From: Polyangiaceae bacterium
Lineage (GTDB): Bacteria; Myxococcota_A; Polyangia; Polyangiales; Polyangiaceae
Reading direction: 5' to 3'
Assembly: GCA_035063585.1 (NCBI GenBank)
Contig: JAPSGB010000022.1
Location: forward strand, 17,071-81,070
Length of the DNA stretch: 64,000 nt
The notes under the pieces were generated by a model, which was not told where the DNA came from, did not search any database, and worked only from the letters and a program-made list of their open reading frames with translations. Shown here one piece after another: positions 18,636 through 27,806 of the stretch. Both the position numbers and the translations under genes were made by a program. Numbering within the stretch: the stretch's first letter is position 1; the number at the start of each line of letters is the position of its first letter.

Positions 18636-19124
18636 GTGACTGCTCGACCTCGGCTCACCTGGCGTCGTCGCGCGGCCCTCTGCGGGGCCGCGCTCGGTGC
18701 GACCCTGGTCGGGCCACCGCCGGCCGCGGCCGACCCCTCGCCGGAGGCGACCGCGCTCGCCGGCCGTGCCAAGAAGCAGGACGACCGCCCGGTGGCCTCG
18801 TACATCGGCTTCCGGCGGCTCTCGGACGGTAGCGCGCGCGTGTTCGTCCAGCTCACCGGGAAGCCGGCCACCATCACCAAGCGAGCGGCCGGCAACCGGC
18901 TCACGTACACCCTCGGCGAGGTGCGCGTGTCGCTCCGCAACAACCGAAATCCGCTCCTCGCGCTCGATTTCGACTCGCAGGTGGTGAGCGCGCAGCTCGT
19001 GGCGGTCGGCAAGGACGTGAACCTCGTCATCGACCTCCGCAGCCCGGTCACCGCGACCGAGAAGCTCGAGCCGCTCGGCGCGGGTGCCAACTTCGTGGTC
19101 GACGTGCCGAGGCCGGCCAAGTAG
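18636..19124 (+). CDS. Exported AMIN-like domain protein
   Basis: Signal peptide followed by an all-beta region (SARVFVQL, NNRNPL, LVIDLR) of the kind seen in myxobacterial AMIN-like proteins. Confidence 0.6.
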   Translation: MTARPRLTWRRRAALCGAALGATLVGPPPAAADPSPEATALAGRAKKQDDRPVASYIGFRRLSDGSARVFVQLTGKPATITKRAAGNRLTYTLGEVRVSLRNNRNPLLALDFDSQVVSAQLVAVGKDVNLVIDLRSPVTATEKLEPLGAGANFVVDVPRPAK

Positions 19125-19167
19125 CCGCGGCGTCGGGCTGCGTCGGGCCGCGGAGGCGCCTCGCGGC

Positions 19168-19187
19168 GCCGGCCGCGCCGGACCGGC
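19168..19187 (+). repeat. REP-like hairpin repeat copy (type B)
   Basis: GCCGGCCGCGCCGGACCGGC in the gap before the Clp gene. Confidence 0.7.
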
Positions 19188-19330
19188 GCCCGGGCCCGAG
19201 CCCCGGTCGCGCGAGCTTCACTCGCGCCCCCGGGCGCTCGGGCGAAGCCTGGGTCATCCACCCGGAACTTGGCCGTTTTCCCCGGGGCTGACCATGTTCG
19301 AGAGCCGAGCATGGAGGCAGAGCCCAGCCG

Positions 19331-21883
19331 ATGACGTCGCCGCGACTCGAACCGGAGCTCGCCGAGCTCCGAGCAACCGCCGAAGCGCTCTCGAAGAGCC
19401 GAAGCGAGCGCGTCTCGAGCGCGCACCTCTTGGCGGCGATCGCCGCGCGCCCGGGCCCCGCGGCGGATCTCCTCGCGGAGCGGAAGCTCGGCGAGGAGGT
19501 GCTGCTCCGCGCGGCGCGTGTCGCGAGCGAGGAGCTCCCCGATCCGCTCCGCCACGCGCAGCAACGGGCGCGGGAGATCGCCGGGCGGATGAACGCGCCC
19601 GAGGTCGGCGCGCTGCACCTGCTCATCGCGCTGCTCGTCGAGCGGAACGGCGCCGCGCACCGCGCGCTCGATCAGTGCGGCGTCGACGTAGCGCGTCTCC
19701 GCGCGGCGGCGATGAGCTTCGCGCTCGGCGCCATCGGCCGGCGCCGCGTGGTTCGACGCGACGCCCCGGTCGAGCGCGAGCAGAGGGCCTCGGCTGCCCC
19801 GCGGCGCGCACCCTCGGGCGTCACCATCCCGCTCTTTCCGCCTCCCGCGCCGGAGCAGCTCCGCGTGCGCGGGCGCGGACCGTCGCGTGCCGAGCCGGTC
19901 GCGCCCGCGACTCCCGCGACTCCCGCGTCGACTCCGCCGGTTGCGGCGCCGCCTCCGCGCGCGCAGCCAGAGGCGCGAGAGGCGCCCGCGCCCCGATGCG
20001 CGCCGGTTCGGGCAGGAGGAGGTGGGGTCGGTTCGGCGCGGAAACGCGGACGGCAGGTCGCCATCGACGTCGCGCGCTTCGAGCTCGACCCCCGGAAGTT
20101 TCCCGCGCTCTCCTCGCTCGGCAAGAACCTCACGCTCGCTGCGGCGCGCGGCGAGCTCGATCCGGTGGTGGGGCGCGAGGCCGAGATCGAGCAGACGCTC
20201 GACGTGCTCGCCAAGCGACAGGGGAACAGCCCCTGTCTGGTGGGACCGAGCGGGGTCGGCAAGACCAGCGTGGTGCGCGGGCTCGCGCAGCGCATCGCCG
20301 AGCAGAGGGACGTGGTCTCGCTCGACGATCGGATCATCATCGAGCTCCCGGTGCCCGAGCTCATCGCGGGGACCGGCGTGCGCGGCGCGCTCGCCGAGCG
20401 CGCCATCGCGATTCGTCGCGAGGTCGAGGCGACGCGCGGGCGCGTGGTGCTCTTCTTCGACGAGCTCCACCAGCTCTTCGCCGGCGACGCGGCCGACGAG
20501 CTGACCGGTGAGCTGAAGCTCGCGCTCGCGCGCGGTGAGCTCCCGTGCATCGGCGCGACGACCAGCGAGGAGTACCGGCGCGTCATCGAGGCCGACGCCG
20601 CGCTCGCGCGGCGCTTCTCGGTGGTCGAGGTGGAGGAACCGGGGCGCGAGGACGCATTCCTGATCCTGTCGGCGCTCGCGCCACGCCTCGGCGCGCATCA
20701 CGCGGTCGAGTTCGAGGAAGAGGCGCTGGCGCTCGCCGTGGCCTGGTCGGTCCGGTACCTCCCCGGGCGTGCGCTCCCCGACAAGGCGATGAACGTCGTC
20801 GATCTCGCCGGCGCGCGGGCGCGCCGCCGCGGAAAATCGAGCGTGACACCGGAGGGCGTGGCAGAGGTGATCGCCGAGCAGGCGGACATGCCGATCGAGC
20901 GCCTGCTCGAGACCGATGGCAGCCGGATGCTCCGGCTCGAAGAGATCCTCGCCGAGCGCGTGGTCGGGCACGAGGCGGAGATCGCGCGCATCGCGCGCAT
21001 CTTGCGGCGGAACGCGGCCGGGCTCGGCGCACGGCGTCCGATCGGCACCTTCCTCCTCCTCGGCCCGACCGGGGTCGGCAAGACGGAGACGGCCAAGGCC
21101 ATCGCGGAGGTGCTCTTCCACAGCGAGACCGCCATGACGCGGCTCGATCTCTCGGAGTTCAGCGAGGCGCATGCGGTCGCCCGACTCATCGGCGCGCCCC
21201 CCGGCTACATCGGCCACGACGCGGGCGGACAGCTCACCGAGGCGGTGCGCCGTCGCCCGTACCAGGTGATCCTGCTCGACGAGATCGAGAAGGCGCACCC
21301 CGAGGTGCTGGTCACCTTCCTCGGCGTGTTCGACGAGGGACGGCTCACCGACGGGCGCGGCCGAACCGTGGATTTCACCAACACCGTGATCCTGCTCACC
21401 TCGAACCTCGGCGCCGAAGAGACCGGCGCGGCGCCGCGCCGCCGCGTCGGGTTCGGCGCGGACGCGGGGCATGCGCGCGCCGAGCTCGAGACGCGCGTCG
21501 TCGCCGCCGCGCGCGCGGCGCTGCCGCCCGAGCTCTACAACCGGATCGACGAGGTGCTCGCCTTCGCGCCGCTCGAGCGCGCCGACGTTCGCGAGATCGC
21601 GCGACGGCTGCTCGCCGCGATGGGCCAGCGGCTCTCGGCCGAGCGCGGGGTGCGCCTCGACGCAGGCGAGGACGTCATCGATTTCCTGCTCGACGCGGGC
21701 GGCTTCGACCAGACCCTCGGCGCGCGCCCGATGAAGCGCACCCTGGCGCGGCTGGTCGAGGCGCCGCTCGCGGAGCGGATCCTGCGCGGCGAGCTCCATC
21801 GTGGGACGGTGGCGCTCCTCGGGATCGAGGACGGCACGCTCACCGTCGACCTGCTCGACGCGGCCGAGCCCGCCGCGGAGTGA
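19331..21883 (+). CDS. ATP-dependent Clp protease ATP-binding subunit (ClpA/ClpC-type)
   Basis: Clp N-domain, D1 GPSGVGKT/FFDELH/IGATT, D2 GPTGVGKTE/LIGAPPGYIG/LLDEIEKAH, and a VGFG ClpP-docking-type loop. Confidence 0.93.
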   Translation: MTSPRLEPELAELRATAEALSKSRSERVSSAHLLAAIAARPGPAADLLAERKLGEEVLLRAARVASEELPDPLRHAQQRAREIAGRMNAPEVGALHLLIALLVERNGAAHRALDQCGVDVARLRAAAMSFALGAIGRRRVVRRDAPVEREQRASAAPRRAPSGVTIPLFPPPAPEQLRVRGRGPSRAEPVAPATPATPASTPPVAAPPPRAQPEAREAPAPRCAPVRAGGGGVGSARKRGRQVAIDVARFELDPRKFPALSSLGKNLTLAAARGELDPVVGREAEIEQTLDVLAKRQGNSPCLVGPSGVGKTSVVRGLAQRIAEQRDVVSLDDRIIIELPVPELIAGTGVRGALAERAIAIRREVEATRGRVVLFFDELHQLFAGDAADELTGELKLALARGELPCIGATTSEEYRRVIEADAALARRFSVVEVEEPGREDAFLILSALAPRLGAHHAVEFEEEALALAVAWSVRYLPGRALPDKAMNVVDLAGARARRRGKSSVTPEGVAEVIAEQADMPIERLLETDGSRMLRLEEILAERVVGHEAEIARIARILRRNAAGLGARRPIGTFLLLGPTGVGKTETAKAIAEVLFHSETAMTRLDLSEFSEAHAVARLIGAPPGYIGHDAGGQLTEAVRRRPYQVILLDEIEKAHPEVLVTFLGVFDEGRLTDGRGRTVDFTNTVILLTSNLGAEETGAAPRRRVGFGADAGHARAELETRVVAAARAALPPELYNRIDEVLAFAPLERADVREIARRLLAAMGQRLSAERGVRLDAGEDVIDFLLDAGGFDQTLGARPMKRTLARLVEAPLAERILRGELHRGTVALLGIEDGTLTVDLLDAAEPAAE

Positions 21884-21978
21884 GCGAGCTTCGCGCGGTC
21901 GGCTGACTCGCGCGGCCCGGAGGGTGTAAGACTCGGGTGACCCGCGAGTCGGGCCCCACTCGCACCCGAGGCGGTATC

Positions 21979-22995
21979 ATGAGCTATCGAAAGGATCTCT
22001 CCGAGGCCATCGGGCATACCCCCCTCATCCGGCTCCGCCGGGTGAGCGACGCCACCGGCTGCGAGCTGCTCGGCAAGGCCGAGTTCATGAACCCGGGCGG
22101 CTCGATCAAGGATCGCACCGCGCTCGGGCTCCTGAACGACGCCGAGGCGAAGGGGCTCGTGCGCCCGGGGACCATCCTCGTCGAAGGCACGGCCGGCAAC
22201 ACCGGCATCGGGCTCGCCCTGCTCGGCGCGAGCCGCGGGCACCGCTCGATCATCGTGATGCCGAGCTCGCAGAGCCCCGAGAAGATCGACGCGCTCCGGC
22301 TCACCGGCGCCGAGGTGCGGCTGGTTCCGCCGGCGAAGGCCGCCGATCCGAACCATTACGTGAACCGGGCGCGCGCGCTCGCCGAGGAGCTCAACCAGAA
22401 GGAGCCCGGCAGCGCGTGGTTCGCCGATCAGTTCGACAACCTCGCCAACCGCGCCATCCACGAGGCGCTCACCGGCCCCGAGCTCTGGGACGACCTCGGC
22501 GGGCGCATCGACGGCTTCGTGTGCTCGGCCGGGACGGGCGGGAGCCTCGCGGGGATTTCGCGCGCGCTCAAGGCGAGAGACTCCAAGGTCGTGACTGCGC
22601 TCGCCGATCCGGACGGCTCCGCGCTGGCGAGCTACGTGAACCACGGCGCGCTCGAGGCGCACGGCAGCTCCTTCACGGAGGGGATCGGTGTGAGCCGCGT
22701 CACCGCGAATTTCGATGGCGCGCCGCTCGACCGAGCCTGGTCGATCGCGGACACCGAGTCGGTGCCGCTCCTGCACGAGCTGCTCTTCTTCGAGGGGCTC
22801 TGCCTCGGCGGCTCGAGCGGTGTGAACGTCGCAGGCGCGGTGCGGCTCGCGCGTGAGCTCGGCCCCGGGCACACCATCGTGACGCTCCTCTGTGACTCGG
22901 GGACGCGCTACAAGAACAAGCTCTTTAGCCCCGCGTTCTTGCGTGAGAAGGGCGTCCCCGTGCCTGCGTGGCTCGACCGCGCGGTCCCCGGCTGA
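21979..22995 (+). CDS. cysK: Cysteine synthase A-like PLP enzyme
   Basis: KAEFMNPGGSIKDR (PLP Lys), TAGNTG, QFDN, GTGGS, EGIG and LCDSG.RY motifs. Confidence 0.88.
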   Translation: MSYRKDLSEAIGHTPLIRLRRVSDATGCELLGKAEFMNPGGSIKDRTALGLLNDAEAKGLVRPGTILVEGTAGNTGIGLALLGASRGHRSIIVMPSSQSPEKIDALRLTGAEVRLVPPAKAADPNHYVNRARALAEELNQKEPGSAWFADQFDNLANRAIHEALTGPELWDDLGGRIDGFVCSAGTGGSLAGISRALKARDSKVVTALADPDGSALASYVNHGALEAHGSSFTEGIGVSRVTANFDGAPLDRAWSIADTESVPLLHELLFFEGLCLGGSSGVNVAGAVRLARELGPGHTIVTLLCDSGTRYKNKLFSPAFLREKGVPVPAWLDRAVPG

Positions 22996-23002
22996 GCTCG
23001 CG

Positions 23003-23860
23003 TCAACGGCGCGCCGCGATCACGCTCCCGAGCAGCTCCGGGTCGTCGGTCATGATCCCGTGCACCCGCAGCGCGAGGAGGCGCGTCATCTCGGCCTCGT
23101 CGTTCACCGTCCAGGCGTGGATGCGGAGCCGCTTGCGCTTGGCGAGGGCCATCACCTCCGTCTTCACCATCGCGGCGGGCGGCTGCACGAGGCGAGTGGG
23201 CGGATGGTAGTCGGCCTCGGTGTCCGCGCTCACCATGCTGAGCTCGAGCATCTCGGCCATGGCCATGCCGGTGAGGATGTCCGGCCGCTTCTCGCGGACC
23301 TCGTGCACGACGTCGTCGGCGAACGAGACCACCACCACGTGATCCGTCGCGCCGGTCTCGTCGAGGACGCGGATGACATCATCGACGATGTTCGGCGTCG
23401 TCTGCTTGATCTCGATGCTCCACCAGCGCCCGCGCGCGGACTCGAGCGCCTCGCGGAGCGTGGGGACCTGGACCCCGGCGCCGCGATACGGATGGGTCGC
23501 TCCGCCGTCGGGTGAGAAGTGGTACCCGGCGTCGAGCTTGCGAAGCTCGGCGAGGCTGAAATCGTGGATCTTGCCGGTGCCGTCGGTCGTGCGATCGACC
23601 GTGTCGTCGTGCATGAGGACGAGCTCACCGTCCGAGGTCGAGTGGACGTCGCACTCGAGCACCTGAGCGCCGACCGCGAGCGCGTTCTCGAAGGCGAGCA
23701 GCGTCTCCTCGGGGCGGAGCAGGCCGCCCCCGCGGTGCGCGATGACGAGCGGCGCGTCGCAGAGCAGGCGGTTCTCGCACCCGTCGGAGTCGCCGTCCTC
23801 GCCGCCGCAGCCGGCGAGCGCCAGCGTCGCGAGCACCCAGAAGAGCTTCGAACGCAGCAT
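23003..23860 (-). CDS. Glycerophosphodiester phosphodiesterase lipoprotein
   Basis: Lipobox LAGC; IAHRGG, PEETL, ECDVH, HDDTVDRTT, WTVN and GIMTDDP motifs. Confidence 0.93.
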   Translation of the reverse strand: MLRSKLFWVLATLALAGCGGEDGDSDGCENRLLCDAPLVIAHRGGGLLRPEETLLAFENALAVGAQVLECDVHSTSDGELVLMHDDTVDRTTDGTGKIHDFSLAELRKLDAGYHFSPDGGATHPYRGAGVQVPTLREALESARGRWWSIEIKQTTPNIVDDVIRVLDETGATDHVVVVSFADDVVHEVREKRPDILTGMAMAEMLELSMVSADTEADYHPPTRLVQPPAAMVKTEVMALAKRKRLRIHAWTVNDEAEMTRLLALRVHGIMTDDPELLGSVIAARR

Positions 23861-23907
23861 CGCGCGAGGATAGCATCACCCCGCGGCGTGGTCGCGCTGG
23901 GCCGGCG

Positions 23908-25152
23908 TCACTCGTAGACCTTCTCGTCGACCGCGGTCGCCTGGGCGGCATCGCCCTCCGTGTCGCGGGTCGCCTGGGCGGCGCGCGCCTCGCGCGCCTC
24001 GCGGTACCACTCGCTCGCGGTGATGACCGCCATCACCTCGCTCGTGCCCGTCCAGATCGAGGCGAGGCGCAGATCGCGAACGATGCGCTCGATGGGGAAG
24101 ACGTTCGTGTAGCCGATGCCGCCCATCACCTGCATCGCGTGGTCGGCGGCCTTCTGACAGGACTCGGTCACGAACTTCTTCGTCTCCGAGACCAGCCGCC
24201 GGATCCGGTTCGGGGGCGCTCCGCGGTCGACCGCGAGCGCGGTCGAGTAGACGAGCGCGCGCGAAGCGTCGAGGAGCGTCGCGGCCTCGGCGATTTGAAA
24301 GCTCACCCCTTGAAAGCGGTTGATCGGCTGCCCGAAGGCCTTTCGCTTCGTGGTGTAGGTCGTCGCGACCTCGAGCGCGGGACGCGCGGCGCCTACCGTC
24401 ATCGCCGCGGTGCCGAGCCGCTCGGGGATCATCATGGTGTTGAAGACGTCGTAGCCGCCGTGCAGCCGTCCGAGCAGGTTCTCCTTCGGGACCTTCACGT
24501 CGTGGAACACCACCCGGCTCGCGCCCCCGCCGCGGCACCCCATGAGCCCGTAGAGGTAGCTCGTCTCGACGCCGGGGGAGCGATCGACGATGAAGCACGA
24601 GATCGCCTCGTGCGGTTTGGCGTCGGGGTCGGTGCGCGCGTAGACGAGGAAATAGTCGGCTGCGGTGCCGCCCACGATGAAGCGCTTCTGGCCGTTCAGG
24701 AGGAAGTGGTCACCTCGATCCTCGGCGCGGGTGCTGGTGGCGAAGAAATCCGAGCCGCCGCGCGGCTCGGTGAGGCACTCGGCGGCGAAGAGCTCGCCGC
24801 GGAGCAGCGGTTTCACGTACTTTTCGCGCTGCGCGTCCGTCCCGTGGAGCACGATGGCGTCGCAGACGAGCTCGGCCCCGACCCCGAACACGCACGCGAA
24901 GATGTAGCCGAGCACGCCGACCTCTTCCATCACCATCGCGGTCGTCACCCAGTCGAACCCGCGGCCGCCCCAGCGCGGATCGTAGCGCACGCCGAGGAGG
25001 TGCTTGCGCCCCGCTTCGCGCAGGAGGTCGCGCGGGAAGTCGACGCGGTCGGCGTCCATGTCGAGGATGAGCTCGCGCGGCACCGACTTCACGAGCGCGC
25101 GCACTTCGTCGCGGAGCGCGAGCTGCCGCGCGTCGAGGAGATGATCGAACAT
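23908..25152 (-). CDS. Acyl-CoA dehydrogenase
   Basis: LTEPRGGSD, LNGQKRFI, RKAFGQPI, QVMGGIGY and RDLRLASIWTGTSEV motifs. Confidence 0.95.
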   Translation of the reverse strand: MFDHLLDARQLALRDEVRALVKSVPRELILDMDADRVDFPRDLLREAGRKHLLGVRYDPRWGGRGFDWVTTAMVMEEVGVLGYIFACVFGVGAELVCDAIVLHGTDAQREKYVKPLLRGELFAAECLTEPRGGSDFFATSTRAEDRGDHFLLNGQKRFIVGGTAADYFLVYARTDPDAKPHEAISCFIVDRSPGVETSYLYGLMGCRGGGASRVVFHDVKVPKENLLGRLHGGYDVFNTMMIPERLGTAAMTVGAARPALEVATTYTTKRKAFGQPINRFQGVSFQIAEAATLLDASRALVYSTALAVDRGAPPNRIRRLVSETKKFVTESCQKAADHAMQVMGGIGYTNVFPIERIVRDLRLASIWTGTSEVMAVITASEWYREAREARAAQATRDTEGDAAQATAVDEKVYE

Positions 25153-25275
25153 GCCCGCATGATACGCGCCAGCCGGCGCGCTCCGGAACCGACGAGCGTC
25201 AGCCGCGAGGGCCGGCGGCCGCGCGGCCGACCGGACCGAGCGCGCCCACGTGGCTTCGGCGGTGGGGCTTCATCG

Positions 25276-26007
25276 TCACGGCGAAGCGTACGCGGTGAAC
25301 GATCTCTCGAAGAGCACGCGGGTTCGATACAGGCTCACGGGCGCGAGGATGCGCTCGAGGGTGGACCACGAGAAGCACTCGGCCTGACGCTCGTGATCTT
25401 GGCTCGCGAGCTCCTGGGCTCTCGCCCGGCCGAGGACCTTCGACAGGGAGTCGAAGAGCTCTCCTTTGAACGGGTGGACGCCCTTCGCGCGGTTCTGCCG
25501 GTTATGGAGCGCGTGCCCGAGCTCGTGGAGCGCGACGTGCGCGAGGTAGCCGATGAGCGTGTCTCGCTGCGCCGAGAGCGGGAAGCTGCGCGGAAGCTCC
25601 TCCCACAGGTCACGGTAGAGCTCGTCGTACTGCTCCATCTTCCAGTCGTCGAGGGTGATGAGGTCGAAGTGTTCGTCACCCTCGAAGCCCGCCTGGCAAC
25701 GCCCGATGTCCGGGAAGCGCGAGCGCTCCACCCCGCTCAGGACGATCGCGACGCCCGGGATCCCCTGGTCGAGCCCGACCCAGCGGAGCGCCTCGATCCA
25801 GTAGCGGGTGAGCTTGGTTCGCGCGAGCGTGTGCACCGTACCGCACCAGGGCAGCACCTGGGTGGTGGTGAGCCCGAGCTCGTTCTCGTCCAGGAGCTCG
25901 CCTGGATCGTCGCTGAGCGACGGCGGCCGTCGCGCGGGGGCTCGCCGCTTCGGCGTCTTCGTCGCCCCGCGCTTCCTCGCCACCCTCCCCGGCGCTTCCT
26001 TGGCCAT
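25276..26007 (-). CDS. Hypothetical protein with a zincin HEXXH motif
   Basis: HVALHELGH followed by ERQAECF. Basic low-complexity N-terminus. ATG 26007. Confidence 0.7.
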   Translation of the reverse strand: MAKEAPGRVARKRGATKTPKRRAPARRPPSLSDDPGELLDENELGLTTTQVLPWCGTVHTLARTKLTRYWIEALRWVGLDQGIPGVAIVLSGVERSRFPDIGRCQAGFEGDEHFDLITLDDWKMEQYDELYRDLWEELPRSFPLSAQRDTLIGYLAHVALHELGHALHNRQNRAKGVHPFKGELFDSLSKVLGRARAQELASQDHERQAECFSWSTLERILAPVSLYRTRVLFERSFTAYASP

Positions 26008-26079
26008 TTGCCAGCCATAGACCTCGGCGCCCCGCCGCGCAACCCTCGGGCGGACATTGTTTGTCTGGCATCGCGCCGG

Positions 26080-26101
26080 CGCCGCCGGCCGCGCCGGACC
26101 G
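26080..26101 (+). repeat. REP-like hairpin repeat copy (type B)
   Basis: CGCCGCCGGCCGCGCCGGACCG, intergenic. Confidence 0.7.
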
Positions 26102-26230
26102 AAATCCAGGCTCCTCGGAGGTGAAGCGCCAGCGGCGCGCCCGCGGAGCTCTGACAAGCAATGTCAGCTCTGGGCGCGAGCGAGGATGGTCGGCCCGTCG
26201 CGGCCGGCGGCGCGGCCCGCTTGGGTGGGC

Positions 26231-27781
26231 TCAGCGGCGGCGGCGGCGCAAGAGCGCGACCGCGCCGAGCGCGAGGAGCGCGAGCGCCGAGCGCGGAGCG
26301 CCCTCGTCGGTCGAGCCCGCGGTCCGGCATCCGCAGCCGCTCGAGTCCGCGTAGGGAGCGGCGCCGTTCGGCGCGCCCGCCGCGCCGGCGCTGCCGCCGT
26401 CCGCTTCCGGCTCGGGGTCGGGCTCGGCGAGGTTCTCTCCCTTGCCATAGCCGGAGACCTTGAACTCTTGCACGGGCGAGTCTGGATCGTTGCTGGTGAC
26501 GGTGATGGTCGCCTCTTGCTTGCCCTTCGTGGTCGGCTTGAAGCGAACGCTGAGGTTGAAGCTGTCGCCCGGGTCGATCATGGTCGACGCGACGCCTACC
26601 GTGAACTGCGGGTCGTCACTCGTGAACTCGAGCGTCGCGGCCATCTCGCCGGTGTTGTCGATGGTGACGCTCTTGTCCTTCCGATCGCCGCCCTCGACCT
26701 GCCCGAAATCGACCAGGCTCCCCGGCGCGAACACGTTCGGGAGCGGCAGGTGGACGACGCGGTTCGGGAAGGTCACCGGGATCGGCGGACCGGAGATGGG
26801 GACCGCGAGACCTACGTTGATGGGGAAGCTCAGGGTGATCGGGAACCCGGCCACCGAGCTGATGTTGATGACGGGGCGGAAATCGAGCGTGCCTTCATAG
26901 GCGATCTCGCCGAGCGTCTGCGCGGTGAATTCGAGGTAGTCCTGATCCACCATCGGGAACTGGGTGGTCCCGTCCGGCTGGGAGATGGGACCGGTGCTGC
27001 CCGCGATTTTCACCTGCTTCGTGGTGTAGGTGAACTCGATGTCGGTGGTGGCGTTGAAGCTGAAGCTGCCCTCGAGCACATCGTTGAAGCCGCCCGAGCC
27101 GACCAGCTTGCCGAGTTGCTCGAAGGTGATGCTAAAGAGCTGCGAGTTCGCGAGATCGGTGCCCTTCACCCGGGCCGTCGCGCCGGCGAACCCCCACGGG
27201 TTGAACTTGGTGCTACCCATCGCGACGTAGTCGAAGTGCGACTGGATGGGCAGGAGCGGCAGGAGCTTCGAGGCGTCGATGTGGATCTCGCCTTTGAAGA
27301 TGCTGCCCGCGTCGAGGTAGAGCCCGAAATCCGGCGTGATGGTGTGGGTGATGCTGAAGGTGCCGTCCTTCTGCAGGTCCTGCTCGAGCTGGACCACGAA
27401 CGCGGAGGTGTCGGGCCAGCTCGCGCTCATCACCGAGCCCTTCGGCATCTCCACCTTCCAGATCGACTGCTCGTTCAGCGGGTCGAGCGCGACCTGGAGG
27501 TCTATTTGCACTTTCTTGTCGCAGTGGCCGTCCGACGTCATGGGGTCGCACTTCGGGACCCAGCCGGTGTCGATGCCGATCGGCAGGCGCTGGTTCGAGG
27601 AGGTGTTGTTCTTCTCGATGGTCGCGCTCGAGCAGTAGAGCGTGCTCGGATCGCAGGGGCCGCTCGGCGCGCCGCCGTCGGCGTCCTGGGCGAGCGCGCC
27701 GGCGGTGGTGACGAGCGCGCCGGTGGCGACGAGTAGCGAGAGCGCGGTGCGCAACGGACGGGACGAGACGAGGTGGGACAT
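26231..27781 (-). CDS. MYXO-CTERM surface protein with an Ig-like ASH (choice-of-anchor D) domain
   Basis: Signal peptide, VDFGQV..NTG..VRFKP..TSNDPD Ig domain, C-terminal GCGC + TM helix + RRRR. Confidence 0.85.
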   Translation of the reverse strand: MSHLVSSRPLRTALSLLVATGALVTTAGALAQDADGGAPSGPCDPSTLYCSSATIEKNNTSSNQRLPIGIDTGWVPKCDPMTSDGHCDKKVQIDLQVALDPLNEQSIWKVEMPKGSVMSASWPDTSAFVVQLEQDLQKDGTFSITHTITPDFGLYLDAGSIFKGEIHIDASKLLPLLPIQSHFDYVAMGSTKFNPWGFAGATARVKGTDLANSQLFSITFEQLGKLVGSGGFNDVLEGSFSFNATTDIEFTYTTKQVKIAGSTGPISQPDGTTQFPMVDQDYLEFTAQTLGEIAYEGTLDFRPVINISSVAGFPITLSFPINVGLAVPISGPPIPVTFPNRVVHLPLPNVFAPGSLVDFGQVEGGDRKDKSVTIDNTGEMAATLEFTSDDPQFTVGVASTMIDPGDSFNLSVRFKPTTKGKQEATITVTSNDPDSPVQEFKVSGYGKGENLAEPDPEPEADGGSAGAAGAPNGAAPYADSSGCGCRTAGSTDEGAPRSALALLALGAVALLRRRRR

Positions 27782-27806
27782 TTTCGCGAGTTCTCCCAGT
27801 CGAGGG

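Noticed and set aside
18572..21799. 1075-aa minus-strand ORF
   Set aside because: Antisense shadow of the Clp ATPase, typical of stop-poor high-GC DNA, with no motifs.
24139..26124. 661-aa plus-strand ORF
   Set aside because: Shadow of the acyl-CoA dehydrogenase and zincin genes.
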